NCBI GenBank assembly: GCA_963662795.1
Contig: OY759746.1
Location: 1,792,001 to 1,856,000 of the forward strand
DNA length: 64,000 nt
From: Spirochaetia bacterium
GTDB taxonomy: Bacteria > Spirochaetota > Spirochaetia > CADAEX01
Direction: 5' to 3'
A program made the position numbers and the translations under genes. Shown here in pieces: positions 42,426 through 53,125 of the stretch (position 1 is its first letter; each line of letters opens with the position of its first letter). The notes beneath the pieces are model-generated. The model did not search any database. It worked only from the letters and a program-made list of their open reading frames with translations, and had not been told where the DNA came from.

Positions 42426-43463
42426 ATGAAAGCACTGGTTCTGGAAGAATATTCGAAACTTGTTTACAGGGATGTTGAAAAACCTGTTATCAAAAACAGT
42501 GATGATATTCTTATAAAGGTTAAGGCTGCAAGTGTCTGCGGTTCTGATGTTCACGGTCTTGACGGTAGTACGGGAAGAAGGAAACCTCCCGTTGTAATGG
42601 GTCATGAGGCTTCAGGTGAAATTGCTGATATTGGCAGCGGAGTTAAAAGATATAAAAAAGGTGACAGGGTTATTTTTAATTCAACCCTTTTTTGCGGGGC
42701 GTGTGATTTTTGCCTGCATGGAAACGTTAATCTCTGTGATGAGAGAAAGGTGTTTGGAGTTTCGTGTGACGAATACAAAATTGATGGGGCTTATGCTGAA
42801 TATATCGTGGTTCCTGAAAGAATTGTCTATCCAATTCCCGGGGATCTCTCTTATCAGAAAGCCGCTCTTATTGAACCCCTTTCTGTCGGGTTTCATGCTG
42901 TCAGAATGGGGGAACTTGGAATAAATGACAGTGTGCTTGTTATAGGGGCGGGAACAATCGGTTCATTTGTTATTCAGTCTCTTAAGCTTAAAGGAGCCGG
43001 CAGAATAATTGTTGCTGATATTGATGATGAAAAACTTGAACTTGCAAAGCTGATGGGCGCTGACTATATCATCAATTCGGGAAAAAAGGATTTTGTGGAA
43101 GAAGCACTCAAAATATCTCCTGATGGTATTGATATTGTTTTTGATATCGTAGGAAAGGAAAGTGTAACCGTCAAGAGTCTTGATTTACTTAAAAAAAACG
43201 GTAAGGTTGTAATGGTTGGTTTGTTTGATGCAAATATTTCCTTTCCTATACAGAAAATTACAACATGGCAGTATAAGATTATCGGCTCATATATATCGGG
43301 TGATGAATACCCTGCTTGCCTTGCTCTTGTTGAAAGCGAAAAAATTAATCTGGATCCTTTTATAAATAATTATGTTCCCCTTTCCGAAGCTCCGGATTGG
43401 TTTGAAAGACTTCATAAAAGGGAGAGCGGTCTTAACAAGGTGATTTTTAATCCTGAAAAATAA
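42426..43463 (+). CDS. Zn-dependent sugar/polyol dehydrogenase
   Basis: CGSD, GHE, CGACDFC...C, GAGTIG. Confidence 0.9.
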   Translation: MKALVLEEYSKLVYRDVEKPVIKNSDDILIKVKAASVCGSDVHGLDGSTGRRKPPVVMGHEASGEIADIGSGVKRYKKGDRVIFNSTLFCGACDFCLHGNVNLCDERKVFGVSCDEYKIDGAYAEYIVVPERIVYPIPGDLSYQKAALIEPLSVGFHAVRMGELGINDSVLVIGAGTIGSFVIQSLKLKGAGRIIVADIDDEKLELAKLMGADYIINSGKKDFVEEALKISPDGIDIVFDIVGKESVTVKSLDLLKKNGKVVMVGLFDANISFPIQKITTWQYKIIGSYISGDEYPACLALVESEKINLDPFINNYVPLSEAPDWFERLHKRESGLNKVIFNPEK

Positions 43464-43634
43464 ATTGCGTTATTAGTTATTATAAATGACTGAAATTATA
43501 TTTGATATTGTCCGGAACAGTAATTTTTAAAAGAGATCCTGGAGATTTCCTGAATCATAAATCTGTCCGGATTTTATCAGATTTAATTAATAAAAAGCAG
43601 ATATTTTCTGCTGAACAATAATTGGAGGAAATAT

Positions 43635-44630
43635 ATGAAGAAAATTATGGTATCTTTTTTACTGGTACTAATGGTTTCAACAGTCTTTGCCGGCGGAAAC
43701 AGCGAAGGCGGCAAAACAAAAATTAAAATTGCCAGTATGCAGGCTGAAGGAACTCCTGAAACAAGATCTATCTTTAAATTCAAGGAACTTGTAGAGGAAA
43801 GATCAGGCGGGAAAATAGTTATTGAAATTTATCCCAATAATCAGCTCGGTTCACCTGAAACCTATATCGACAGCACCCGTCAGGGAAATATTGAAATGTG
43901 TGTTCCGGGAACGACACTGTCAGTGCACCAGCCTATGGTAGCTGTTCCGGAAATGCCTTTTCTTTTCAGAGACTGGGCTCATGTTGAAAAAGCACTTACC
44001 GACCCCTATGTAATGAAAACGATGACTGAAGGTATTGTTGAAAAGGTAGGATTGAGAAATCTTGGGATAAGCCCGGATGCCTTTAGGGTTGTAAGCTCCA
44101 ACTCTCCCATCAGATCAATGAAGGATTTTGAAAATATGAGATTGAGAGTTCCCAATATCCCTCTTTATATTGAGTGGGCAAAGGGTGTGGGTGTCAATGC
44201 GATAGCGCTTCCTTTAAGTGAACTGTTTACAGCTCTGGAGCAGGGTGTGGCAGATGGACAGGAAAATCCCTTTGCAACAATTCAGATGATGAAATTTTAT
44301 GAAGTACAGAAATATATTACCACAACCAGACATATTTTTTCAGTTCATGGATGGTATATAAACGAAAAATTCTGGCAGACGCTGTCAAAAGAAAATCAGG
44401 ATCTTATAGCAAAAGCTGTAACTGATTCCATAAAATATAATTTTGAGATTGCGGCTGACGCAGAAAAAGATGCCATAAAATATTTAAGCGATCAGGGCCT
44501 TGAAATTATTGAGCCAGACGCAACTTTTAAACAACAACTTGTTGATTCACAGAAAAATGTTTATAACTGGTTCTATCAGAAATATCCCGGTAGCAAAGAA
44601 CTTGAAGCTTATATTCGAAGTATAAAATAA
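43635..44630 (+). CDS. dctP: TRAP substrate-binding protein DctP
   Basis: Signal peptide, YPNNQLG, LRVP, ALEQGVADGQENP. Confidence 0.92.
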   Translation: MKKIMVSFLLVLMVSTVFAGGNSEGGKTKIKIASMQAEGTPETRSIFKFKELVEERSGGKIVIEIYPNNQLGSPETYIDSTRQGNIEMCVPGTTLSVHQPMVAVPEMPFLFRDWAHVEKALTDPYVMKTMTEGIVEKVGLRNLGISPDAFRVVSSNSPIRSMKDFENMRLRVPNIPLYIEWAKGVGVNAIALPLSELFTALEQGVADGQENPFATIQMMKFYEVQKYITTTRHIFSVHGWYINEKFWQTLSKENQDLIAKAVTDSIKYNFEIAADAEKDAIKYLSDQGLEIIEPDATFKQQLVDSQKNVYNWFYQKYPGSKELEAYIRSIK

Positions 44631-44679
44631 ATATTGAAGGGGAGCCATTCACTCCCCTTCAATACAAAAAGGATTTAAT

Positions 44680-45180
44680 ATGAGCGATAAAATACCTGAT
44701 CAAATAAATAATGGAAATGCTAACAACAGGTTTAAGTTTTTTCTGAAATTAATTGTAGTTATATCAATAACTACAATGATAATGCTTGTTTTTATTAATG
44801 CTGCACTGAGGTATCTCTTCAACAGGGGCTTTCCCGCAAGTGAAGAGCTTGCAAGGTTCTTTTTTATCTGGACGATTTTTCTTGGTATTATAGTTGCATA
44901 TAAAGAAGGCGATCATGTTTCTGTTACCATGTTTACGGATGGATTAAAAGGTAAAATCAAAACCTTTGTTAACATTCTTTCCAAGATCTCTTCCTTTGTT
45001 GCAATGATTGTGATCCTGATGGGAGGGGTTAAATATACCCTGATGTCAACAACCTACAAAAGCGTTGCAACCGAGATAAATTTTGCATTAATATCGGTAT
45101 CTATAGTGGTTATGTCTGTTGGTGTAATATTTTTAATGATTAAAAATATTTACGACACTGTAAAACATAAAAAGTCTTAA
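44680..45180 (+). CDS. dctQ: TRAP small permease DctQ
   Basis: RY...EELAR..F.W, HV motifs; four TMs. Confidence 0.9.
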   Translation: MSDKIPDQINNGNANNRFKFFLKLIVVISITTMIMLVFINAALRYLFNRGFPASEELARFFFIWTIFLGIIVAYKEGDHVSVTMFTDGLKGKIKTFVNILSKISSFVAMIVILMGGVKYTLMSTTYKSVATEINFALISVSIVVMSVGVIFLMIKNIYDTVKHKKS

Positions 45181-45191
45181 AGGAATCAGCG

Positions 45192-46478
45192 ATGGAATTA
45201 TTAATATTTATTGTTAGTTTAGCATTTTTTCTGTTTATCGGGGTACCTATTGCACTGGTGCTTGTTCTCTGCGCAATTTCTTTGATGCTTTTTATGGGTA
45301 TCGGAGATCCCACCATCATCAGTCAGTCGATGGTGACAGGTACAAACAATTTCCCCCTGATGGCAATCCCTTTCTTCATGCTGGCCGGTGAAATCATGGC
45401 TCAGGGGGGGCTTTCGGGAAGGATTGTAAAATTTGCAAACCTGCTTCTCGGAAGAATTAAAGGGGGGCTTGGGTATGCCACAATTCTTGCCTGCATTTTA
45501 TTTGCAGGTCTCTCAGGCGCAGCTGTTGCCGAAGCGGCAGCTCTTGGCAGTATTCTCATACCGCTTATGAAAGATAACGGTTATAAACCAGAACGTGCTG
45601 CCGGTTTTATCTGTGCAGGTTCCATAATTGGTCCTATTATTCCTCCCAGCATACCAATGATATTACTTGGAACAACAGTCGGAATTTCAGTCACAAGATT
45701 GTTTATGGCAGGATTGGTTCCTGGTCTTATGCTCGGGATGGGATTGATGATAGTCTGGTTCTTTATTGTCAGAAAAGACGGATACACGGATGTTGAAAAA
45801 TATACATTGAAAGAAGGATTTATCATAATAAAGGAATCTCTCCCTGCACTGTTTCTGCCTGTGATATTGTTATTTGGTATAAGATTCGGGATTTTTACCC
45901 CAACAGAAGGTGGTGCTTTTGCCGTCGTATATGCCCTTTTAATATGTCTCTTCTGGTATAAGGAACTTACCTGGATGCAGCTTGTCGATGTATGTGTGGC
46001 AGCTACTAAAACCACTGCAGTAGTTATGTTTATCGTAGCTGCAGCAACAGCAGTAGGCTGGTTTATCACGGTTGCACAGATTCCAAATCAGATGGCAGCT
46101 CTTTTAACACCTTTTATTGACAGACCCTTTCTCTTAATACTTATTATAAACGGGTTTTTGTTTTTAATGGGTATGGTTATGGATATCACACCTAATATTC
46201 TTATCTTTGCTCCGGTTATTTTCCCTGTAATTATCAAAGCTGGAATTGATCCTGTATTCTTTGGGTTAATAATGGTTTTGAACTTATGCATAGGCCTTAT
46301 TACTCCACCAGTTGGTGTTGTTTTATATGTCGGTTGCAGTGTCGCAAAAGTACCGTTTGGAAAGCTTGTAAAAGGGCTGTTTCCGTTCCTCTTAATGGAA
46401 TTACTGATTCTGATTATTCTTATGCTTTTTCCTGATATAGTAACAGTTCCTGTAGATCTGATAATGGGAACCAAGTAA
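45192..46478 (+). CDS. dctM: TRAP large permease DctM
   Basis: AIPFFMLAG, IIPPS, FTPTE, ITPPVG. Confidence 0.93.
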   Translation: MELLIFIVSLAFFLFIGVPIALVLVLCAISLMLFMGIGDPTIISQSMVTGTNNFPLMAIPFFMLAGEIMAQGGLSGRIVKFANLLLGRIKGGLGYATILACILFAGLSGAAVAEAAALGSILIPLMKDNGYKPERAAGFICAGSIIGPIIPPSIPMILLGTTVGISVTRLFMAGLVPGLMLGMGLMIVWFFIVRKDGYTDVEKYTLKEGFIIIKESLPALFLPVILLFGIRFGIFTPTEGGAFAVVYALLICLFWYKELTWMQLVDVCVAATKTTAVVMFIVAAATAVGWFITVAQIPNQMAALLTPFIDRPFLLILIINGFLFLMGMVMDITPNILIFAPVIFPVIIKAGIDPVFFGLIMVLNLCIGLITPPVGVVLYVGCSVAKVPFGKLVKGLFPFLLMELLILIILMLFPDIVTVPVDLIMGTK

Positions 46479-46489
46479 AGGTTGATGTA

Positions 46490-47776
46490 ATGAATTTTAA
46501 ACCGGTAAAAATAAATTTTAATGATGGATTATCATTTGATTTTCCTGAAATGATCAGGATAAGACAAAAATTTTCAAAAGAAAAAATAATCGGCATAGAA
46601 GAACATATAAAGAAGGAACTTGAAAAAATATCATTACAGGATTTAAAGAATAAAAGAATTGCAATAACTGCAGGAAGCAGGGGCATTTCAGATATCAGGA
46701 TAATTATCAGGGTAATTATTGATAAATTAAAAAAGCAGGGCGCAAAACCGTTTATCGTCCCTGCCATGGGAAGTCACGGCGGAGCAACGGCAGAGGGACA
46801 GCTTGAAATACTTGCCTCATATGGGATTACTGAAGATTCAATGGCGGTCCCTGTAATTTCATCAATGGACGTGGTCGAAATAGGAAGAATGCAAAACGGG
46901 ACTCCTGTTTATTGTGATAAAAATGCATATAACGCCGATGGTATAATTATAATCAACAAAATAAAACCTCATACGGATTTCAAAGGTGAACATGAAAGCG
47001 GAATATTAAAAATGATGGGGATAGGACTGGGTAAACATAAAGGAGCAATGGCTCTTCATTCGCTGGGTTTTGAATTGTTTTCAGAAGTTCTTAAAGAAGC
47101 TGCCGAAATATTTATTGAAAATGGCAAAATATTGTTCGCTGTCGGAATAGTTCAGAATGCATATGAAGAAACAATGATCGCAGAAGTAATACAGGCAGAT
47201 TGTATTATGGAAAGAGACAAAGCACTGCTGGTGACGGCAAAAAAAAATATTGCGAAACTTCTTTTTCCAAAGATAGATCTGCTTATTGTTGATGAAATTG
47301 GTAAAAATATAAGCGGAGAAGGAATGGATCCGAATGTTACAGGCCGCCCCGGTTCAGGGTTAAAAGAAGGATTTGAAGCGCCTGATATTCAAAGAATTTT
47401 TGTAAGAATGGTGGATAAGATATCACACGGAAACGGGAACGGCATAGGACTTGCAGATTATACAACTGTTGAATGTGTAAACAGTCTTGATCTTTGTTCA
47501 ATGTATACAAATGCAATTACAGCCAATGTTATTGACACAGTAAAAATACCTTTAATTATTGATACAGAAAAAAATGCAATAGCGGCAGGACTCAGCACAT
47601 GTGTCGGAACCGAACCGGGAAAAGAAAGAATTGTGCGAATCAAAAACACAAATGAACTTGACACTATTTATGTGTCAGCACAATGCGTCATTGATATTTC
47701 GGATGATGAAAACATTGAAGTAATGGATAGAAAAATATTTTTTGATTTTGATGAAAACGGAAAACTTAAAAATTAG
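46490..47776 (+). CDS. LarA-superfamily / DUF362-like putative isomerase
   Basis: AGSRGI, PAMGSHGGAT, KPHT.F, ESG..KM..IGLGK, GKNISG.GMD.NV.GR. Confidence 0.75.
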   Translation: MNFKPVKINFNDGLSFDFPEMIRIRQKFSKEKIIGIEEHIKKELEKISLQDLKNKRIAITAGSRGISDIRIIIRVIIDKLKKQGAKPFIVPAMGSHGGATAEGQLEILASYGITEDSMAVPVISSMDVVEIGRMQNGTPVYCDKNAYNADGIIIINKIKPHTDFKGEHESGILKMMGIGLGKHKGAMALHSLGFELFSEVLKEAAEIFIENGKILFAVGIVQNAYEETMIAEVIQADCIMERDKALLVTAKKNIAKLLFPKIDLLIVDEIGKNISGEGMDPNVTGRPGSGLKEGFEAPDIQRIFVRMVDKISHGNGNGIGLADYTTVECVNSLDLCSMYTNAITANVIDTVKIPLIIDTEKNAIAAGLSTCVGTEPGKERIVRIKNTNELDTIYVSAQCVIDISDDENIEVMDRKIFFDFDENGKLKN

Positions 47777-47785
47777 GGGTAAAAA

Positions 47786-48565
47786 ATGGATAACATAGTT
47801 GAGCAGAAATTTTCTCTTAAAGGTAAAACAGCAGTTATAACAGGAGCAGGAAGGGGTATCGGAAGATCAATAGCTTTTGCTCTGGCAAAAGCAGGTGCTG
47901 ACATTGTTATATGGGATATAATAAAGGAAAACGCTTTAAAGACAGCTGATGATATTGCAGCGGAAACCAGTGTCAAAACTTATTCATATGTTTCAGATAT
48001 TACTGTAAAGGAAAAAATAAAAGAAAGCGTTGAGAAGATTATCGCAATGACGGGAAAGGTTGATATTCTTGTCAATAACGCAGGAGTGCAGGTAAGAAAA
48101 CCTGCTCTTGAATTTTCAATTGCAGAGTGGGAACTTGTTCTTTCAACACACCTGACAGCTACTTTTCTGATAACCCAAAGCTTTGTTTCCCATATGCAAA
48201 ATAACGGCGGGGGGAGGATTATTAATTTAGGATCCCTTAATTGTTCCATAGCTGTAAAAGATATTACAGCCTATGTTGCTGCAAAAAGCGGTATCGCCGG
48301 GCTTACAAGATCAATGTGTGTGGAATATGCACAGTTCGGAATAAATGCAAATGCCATAGCACCTGGATGGGTTGAAACTGAACTGACAAGAAAACTTTTT
48401 GAGAACCCTGAAAAGAAAAAATGGGTCATGGACAGACTTCCCATGGGCAAGCTTGCTGATGCAGAAAATGACCTCGGATATCTTGCCGTTTTTCTTTCCT
48501 CGGAAGCTTCAAGATATATTAATGGTCAGGTAATCTATTCGGACGGAGGTTTTACGGCTTGCTGA
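47786..48565 (+). CDS. SDR oxidoreductase (KduD/gluconate 5-dehydrogenase-like)
   Basis: TGAGRGIG, NNAG, YVAAK, NAIAPG, DGG. Confidence 0.9.
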   Translation: MDNIVEQKFSLKGKTAVITGAGRGIGRSIAFALAKAGADIVIWDIIKENALKTADDIAAETSVKTYSYVSDITVKEKIKESVEKIIAMTGKVDILVNNAGVQVRKPALEFSIAEWELVLSTHLTATFLITQSFVSHMQNNGGGRIINLGSLNCSIAVKDITAYVAAKSGIAGLTRSMCVEYAQFGINANAIAPGWVETELTRKLFENPEKKKWVMDRLPMGKLADAENDLGYLAVFLSSEASRYINGQVIYSDGGFTAC

Positions 48566-49451
48566 ATAATTTAGCTGATAAAAAATACCATGTGTGGTGT
48601 CTAAACATAGGTGTCCAAAACAAGGACTATTAATTGCCTGCTAACCTGAGTATAATGATTTAAGCTTGGCGGTGTGAATCATTATAACAAAAGGAAAACA
48701 GGCGATGAGTTCCAAATCTACTATAATTAAATCAAATTCTTCAAATAATACCGAGACATGAATTTGAAGAATCTGCAAAAACAAAGTTAATTATATTTCC
48801 AATAGTTTTTCATGCCGGGAGCAGTTTGTTTCAATACCGGTTGCCCGGATTTCAGGGCAACCAGGTTTTTAGAGAAATAGAAAACTCATTAGCATCAATA
48901 ATTGGTCAGCTTTGTCATTTAGGGGCTAAAAGAGATAAAATGTTCTATATTTATCCTGTGCAAATAATAATCGCAATTCTGAAATTTATGAAAATATCTT
49001 CACAGATCTTCTTGAAAAAATATTATCTATGAAGAGAATTCATAAGCATGGATTTAAAAATCTCTTTATAGTATTGATACTTTTACTATCGATTTATGCC
49101 AGAACCATGTTTTCATGGGCAGGATTTAAAAAACATTAAAGGGGAATAAAACTTAAGGGCACCTCTAATAACCCTTGTTAAAATCAATTATTTTCTGTCC
49201 ATTGCCAAATATAGAGTTCCTTTAATCAGCACAGGGTTTTCATGCTGCAGTCTATCTGCTGTCAAGCCGTTATGCTCTGCATATCTGCAGGTATTTTATT
49301 ATACTATAAGTCAGATTTGTCAGCCTGATTAGTGTATTCTCCCTGATAATTCCAATTGTTCTTATAATATTTCCTTTTATTGAAAGAAATTGACCATACT
49401 ATAAGCTTACCTGTGAAGCTGCTGGTTGACTTTTTATAGGAGGAGATTAAT

Positions 49452-49564
49452 ATGAATGCACTGGTTCTGGAAGAATATTTATAACTTGTTTACAGGGATG
49501 TTTAAAAATTTGTTATAAAAAACAGCGATGATATTCTTATAAAAGTCAAGACTCCATGTGTCTG
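49452..49564 (+). pseudogene. Decayed duplicate of the 5' end of the Zn-dehydrogenase gene at 42426
   Basis: ATGAATGCACTGGTTCTGGAAGAATAT... aligns colinearly with 42426-42538, including the RBS, but carries in-frame TAA stops. Confidence 0.85.
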
Positions 49565-49842
49565 TATTTTGATGACCATAATCATGGTGATGCAGGAAAT
49601 GGGATTTCAGCTGAAATAATGAATGAAAAAACAAAAAACCATGAATAAAAGAATATCTGATTATTTCAGTAAAAAAATGATAGGGAAAAATTGTTTTGCA
49701 TGCATTATGATTATTAAAGCATTGCTAAGGAACCATGCTTGACAGTAGGAATCCTCTGGCAATGAATGATAAGTTATATTGTAAAGTTGAAATTCCAGTC
49801 AAAGGGTATAGAGTTGTTATTAAATAAATTGGAGGTACTGCA

Positions 49843-50232
49843 ATGATAAAGTATGAATTTGAGCATATCCATATAATATGCAATGATATTGAAATTACTA
49901 AAAACTGGTATGTCAGCAAAATGGGGGCAGAGGTTACCTTTGAAGCGGTGTATAAAGGTAATCAGGTTTATTATTTAAAACTGGGCGGAATAATTATAGT
50001 ACTGATTGATAAACAGTTCCCGGGAGAAACTCCGATGCCCTCTTCAATCAGGCATAGACGCGGTCTGGATCATTTTGGCGTTCTTGTTAAAGACCTGGAA
50101 AAAGCACTGGCCGAATTGAAAGCCCAGGGAGTTCATGTTATTCAGGATGTTACTCATGTCAGGGAAGGACTGAAAATATCATATATAGAAGCTCCTGATA
50201 ATGTCAGAATAGAAATATCGGAAAGAAACTGA
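49843..50232 (+). CDS. VOC (glyoxalase-like) family protein
   Basis: EHIHI, GLDHFG, YIEAPDNVRIE. Confidence 0.88.
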   Translation: MIKYEFEHIHIICNDIEITKNWYVSKMGAEVTFEAVYKGNQVYYLKLGGIIIVLIDKQFPGETPMPSSIRHRRGLDHFGVLVKDLEKALAELKAQGVHVIQDVTHVREGLKISYIEAPDNVRIEISERN

Positions 50233-50399
50233 TCAGTAAAATCATTTGAACAAACCCGGAGCATCCATATCCGGGCCTGCCATTACACATTACCTCCCCG
50301 CCCTCTGACCTGAAAGTCGGCTTTAACAAAATCCAGTTATCAGTTATACTAAACTCCATTTTACAGGTATAAAATCAGCATAAGTAAAGGGGGATTAAC

Positions 50400-50975
50400 T
50401 TGAACGCTAAAAACAGACTTGGCAGCAGACTTAAAGCGCTCAGAGAAGCTAGAAACATCACTGTTGATGACCTTTCCGACAGGGCAAACCTCTCGGCCGA
50501 AGGGGTAAAAAAAATAGAAAACGGTGAAATGATACCCGGCCTTGCTCCGTTATTCAGACTTGCGCGTGTTATGGGGGTGCGGATAGGTACGTTTCTTGAT
50601 GACCAGGAAAACATCGGCCCTGTCGTCACAAAAAAGGGAGAAAAAAAGGGGGTCACAAGATTTTCCGACAAGGACAATCCCGCAAGCTCGGACCTTGATT
50701 TCTACTCATTGGCCCTTAATAAATCAGGAAGGCACATGGAGCCTTTTATTATCGATATCTATCCCTCATCCGAGGAGGATTACAGGACTTCTTCCCATGA
50801 GGGGGAGGAATTCCTTTATGTTATTGAAGGCGGGATTGAAATCAAATACGGCAAAGAAATATACAGTTTAAAAGAGGGTGAAAGCATTTATTACGATTCA
50901 ATTGTAATGCATCATGTACATTCAGCCGGCACCGGACCTGCCAAAATTCTGGCAGTAGTTTACGCGCCGCTTTAA
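50400..50975 (+). CDS. XRE HTH-cupin transcriptional regulator
   Basis: HTH_3 N-terminus; MEPF, HEGEEFLYV, YYDS...H cupin. Confidence 0.9.
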   Translation: MNAKNRLGSRLKALREARNITVDDLSDRANLSAEGVKKIENGEMIPGLAPLFRLARVMGVRIGTFLDDQENIGPVVTKKGEKKGVTRFSDKDNPASSDLDFYSLALNKSGRHMEPFIIDIYPSSEEDYRTSSHEGEEFLYVIEGGIEIKYGKEIYSLKEGESIYYDSIVMHHVHSAGTGPAKILAVVYAPL

Positions 50976-50987
50976 GGGGAGAAATAA

Positions 50988-52658
50988 ATGCTTGAAATAA
51001 CATTAAGCGCACTTTTGCGTGAAAAGACCAAAGCAGATCCTGACCGTGAGTTTATGGTTTATTCAGACAGGAACCTCCGCTTCACATACGGGGAATTTGA
51101 CAAAAGGGTAAGCGACCTGGCAAAAGGGCTTCTTTCGATAGGGATAAAAAAGGGGGACAACCTCGGCATCTGGGCCACAAATGTTCCGGACTGGCTCACA
51201 TTCCTGTTCGCGTCCGCGAGAATCGGCGCCGTGCTTGTTACAGTCAATACCAACTATAAGCTCCATGAGCTTGAGTATCTTGTAAGGCAGGCTGACCTTA
51301 CTACCCTATGCATTTCAGACGGTTTTAAGGACAGCGACTATGTCGCGATGGTAAATGAGCTGATCCCTGAACTCAAGGATTGCCAGAGGGGATACCTTAA
51401 GAGCGGCCGGTTCCCGTATCTTAAAAACCTTATCTTCATGGGACCGCAGAAGCACAGGGGGTTGTTTTCTATTCCCGAGCTGATACTCCTCGGTTCCCAC
51501 CTTGATGAAGGGGAACTTGAGGAAGCGGAAAAAAACATGCACTTTGATGAAACCATCAACATGCAGTACACATCAGGCACAACCGGTTTTCCGAAAGGGG
51601 TTATGCTTTCTCACTACAATATAATCAACAACGGCTATTACATAGGCGAGTGCCAGAAATTTACAGCTGAAGACAGACTGTGCCTTCCTGTTCCGCTTTT
51701 TCACTGCTTCGGAATAGTCCTCGGCGTACTGGCTGCCCTTTCCCACGGCAGCACAGTTGTTCTGCTTGAAAGCTTTGACCCTCTTGTCGTTCTTGCCTCT
51801 GTCCAGAGGGAAAAATGTACTGCGCTTTACGGTGTACCAACCATGTTTATAGCAGAACTCAACCATCCGATGTTTGATATGTTCAATCTTGAAAGCCTTC
51901 GTACCGGAATAATGGCAGGGTCTCCCTGTCCCATGGATGTAATGAAAAAAGTTATCGAAAAGATGCATATGAGCGAGGTTACAATCGCGTACGGGCTTAC
52001 AGAGGCTTCCCCTGTAATGACCCAGACAAAAACCGATGATCCGATAGAGAAAAAAGTAGGCACAGTAGGAAGAGAACTTGAGAATATTGAGGTCAAGGTT
52101 GCAGATCCTGAAACCGGGAAAGAATGTCCTGTCGATGTTCAGGGAGAGCTCTGCTGCAGGGGATACAATGTAATGAAAGGGTATTACAAAATGCCTGAAG
52201 AAACTGCAAGAGTCATAGATCCTGACGGCTGGCTCCATTCAGGCGATCTTGGGGTAAAAGACAGCGACGACTTTTTCAGCGTAACAGGGCGTATCAAGGA
52301 CATGATAATCCGCGGAGGAGAGAACATCTATCCGAAGGAGATCGAGGAATACCTCTACAACATGGAAGGGATAAAAGATGTCCAGGTCGCAGGTATCACC
52401 GATATGAAATACGGCGAGGTACCCGGAGCTTTTGTTATTCTGAAAGAAGGCTCGTCCCTTAAGGAAGAGGATATAATCGATTTCTGCAGGGGCCAGATAT
52501 CGCGCTTTAAGATACCGCAGTATGTGTTTTTTGTTGACTCGTACCCCATGACAGGCAGCGGCAAGATCCAGAAGTACAGGCTGCGAGAAATGGGCGATGA
52601 GCTTGTCAAAAGCAGGACTTCACAGACCAAGAGCTTTACCCTGTCAAATAAGAATTGA
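50988..52658 (+). CDS. AMP-dependent acyl-CoA synthetase
   Basis: [45 protein letters not shown]. Confidence 0.93.
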   Translation: MLEITLSALLREKTKADPDREFMVYSDRNLRFTYGEFDKRVSDLAKGLLSIGIKKGDNLGIWATNVPDWLTFLFASARIGAVLVTVNTNYKLHELEYLVRQADLTTLCISDGFKDSDYVAMVNELIPELKDCQRGYLKSGRFPYLKNLIFMGPQKHRGLFSIPELILLGSHLDEGELEEAEKNMHFDETINMQYTSGTTGFPKGVMLSHYNIINNGYYIGECQKFTAEDRLCLPVPLFHCFGIVLGVLAALSHGSTVVLLESFDPLVVLASVQREKCTALYGVPTMFIAELNHPMFDMFNLESLRTGIMAGSPCPMDVMKKVIEKMHMSEVTIAYGLTEASPVMTQTKTDDPIEKKVGTVGRELENIEVKVADPETGKECPVDVQGELCCRGYNVMKGYYKMPEETARVIDPDGWLHSGDLGVKDSDDFFSVTGRIKDMIIRGGENIYPKEIEEYLYNMEGIKDVQVAGITDMKYGEVPGAFVILKEGSSLKEEDIIDFCRGQISRFKIPQYVFFVDSYPMTGSGKIQKYRLREMGDELVKSRTSQTKSFTLSNKN

Positions 52659-52661
52659 GAT

Positions 52662-52703
52662 AAAACCGCATCTGCCCTTAAGCCGGGTAATGCGGTTTTT
52701 TTT
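52662..52703 (+). terminator. Intrinsic terminator
   Basis: AAAACCGCAT...ATGCGGTTTTTTTT hairpin. Confidence 0.7.
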
Positions 52704-53125
52704 AACCTGCAAAGGTGCCAAAAAAAAACAACCTCAGATCCTTCAAGACAAAATTAGACAGTATTCAGGCAATCATAAATCCGTATAAAATTCAGCATAT
52801 CCGCTTCTTTTACAGGATGAGTTCAAATGTTGGAGCTGAAGAGCTCAAATCAGACACAGTAATTCTCATAAAGATATCCCTGAGCTGTATTTTAAACGCT
52901 TAACCGGCTCCTTTTCACGGAATAAGTTTCTTTTTAAAGATACAATGATGATATTTTTATCATTAAAACACATTTATTATGCTGTTTTTGGCAATTTTAC
53001 TTGCCAAAATTGACAATCACCCCTTATGATGTAATATATTACCAAAAAGTTTTTCATTTAAAAATGTTTTTTGAATGAAAAAAGTATTTGTATAAATACT
53101 TAACAGAGGAAACAAAGGAGTAAAA

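Noticed and set aside
48826-49032. 68-aa ORF as a real gene
   Set aside because: No RBS or motif; it lies in degraded AT-rich debris.
52700-53125. Glycine riboswitch upstream of the AGCS symporter
   Set aside because: The GGAGA/CCGAAG/CUCAGG aptamer motifs were not found in the expected order.
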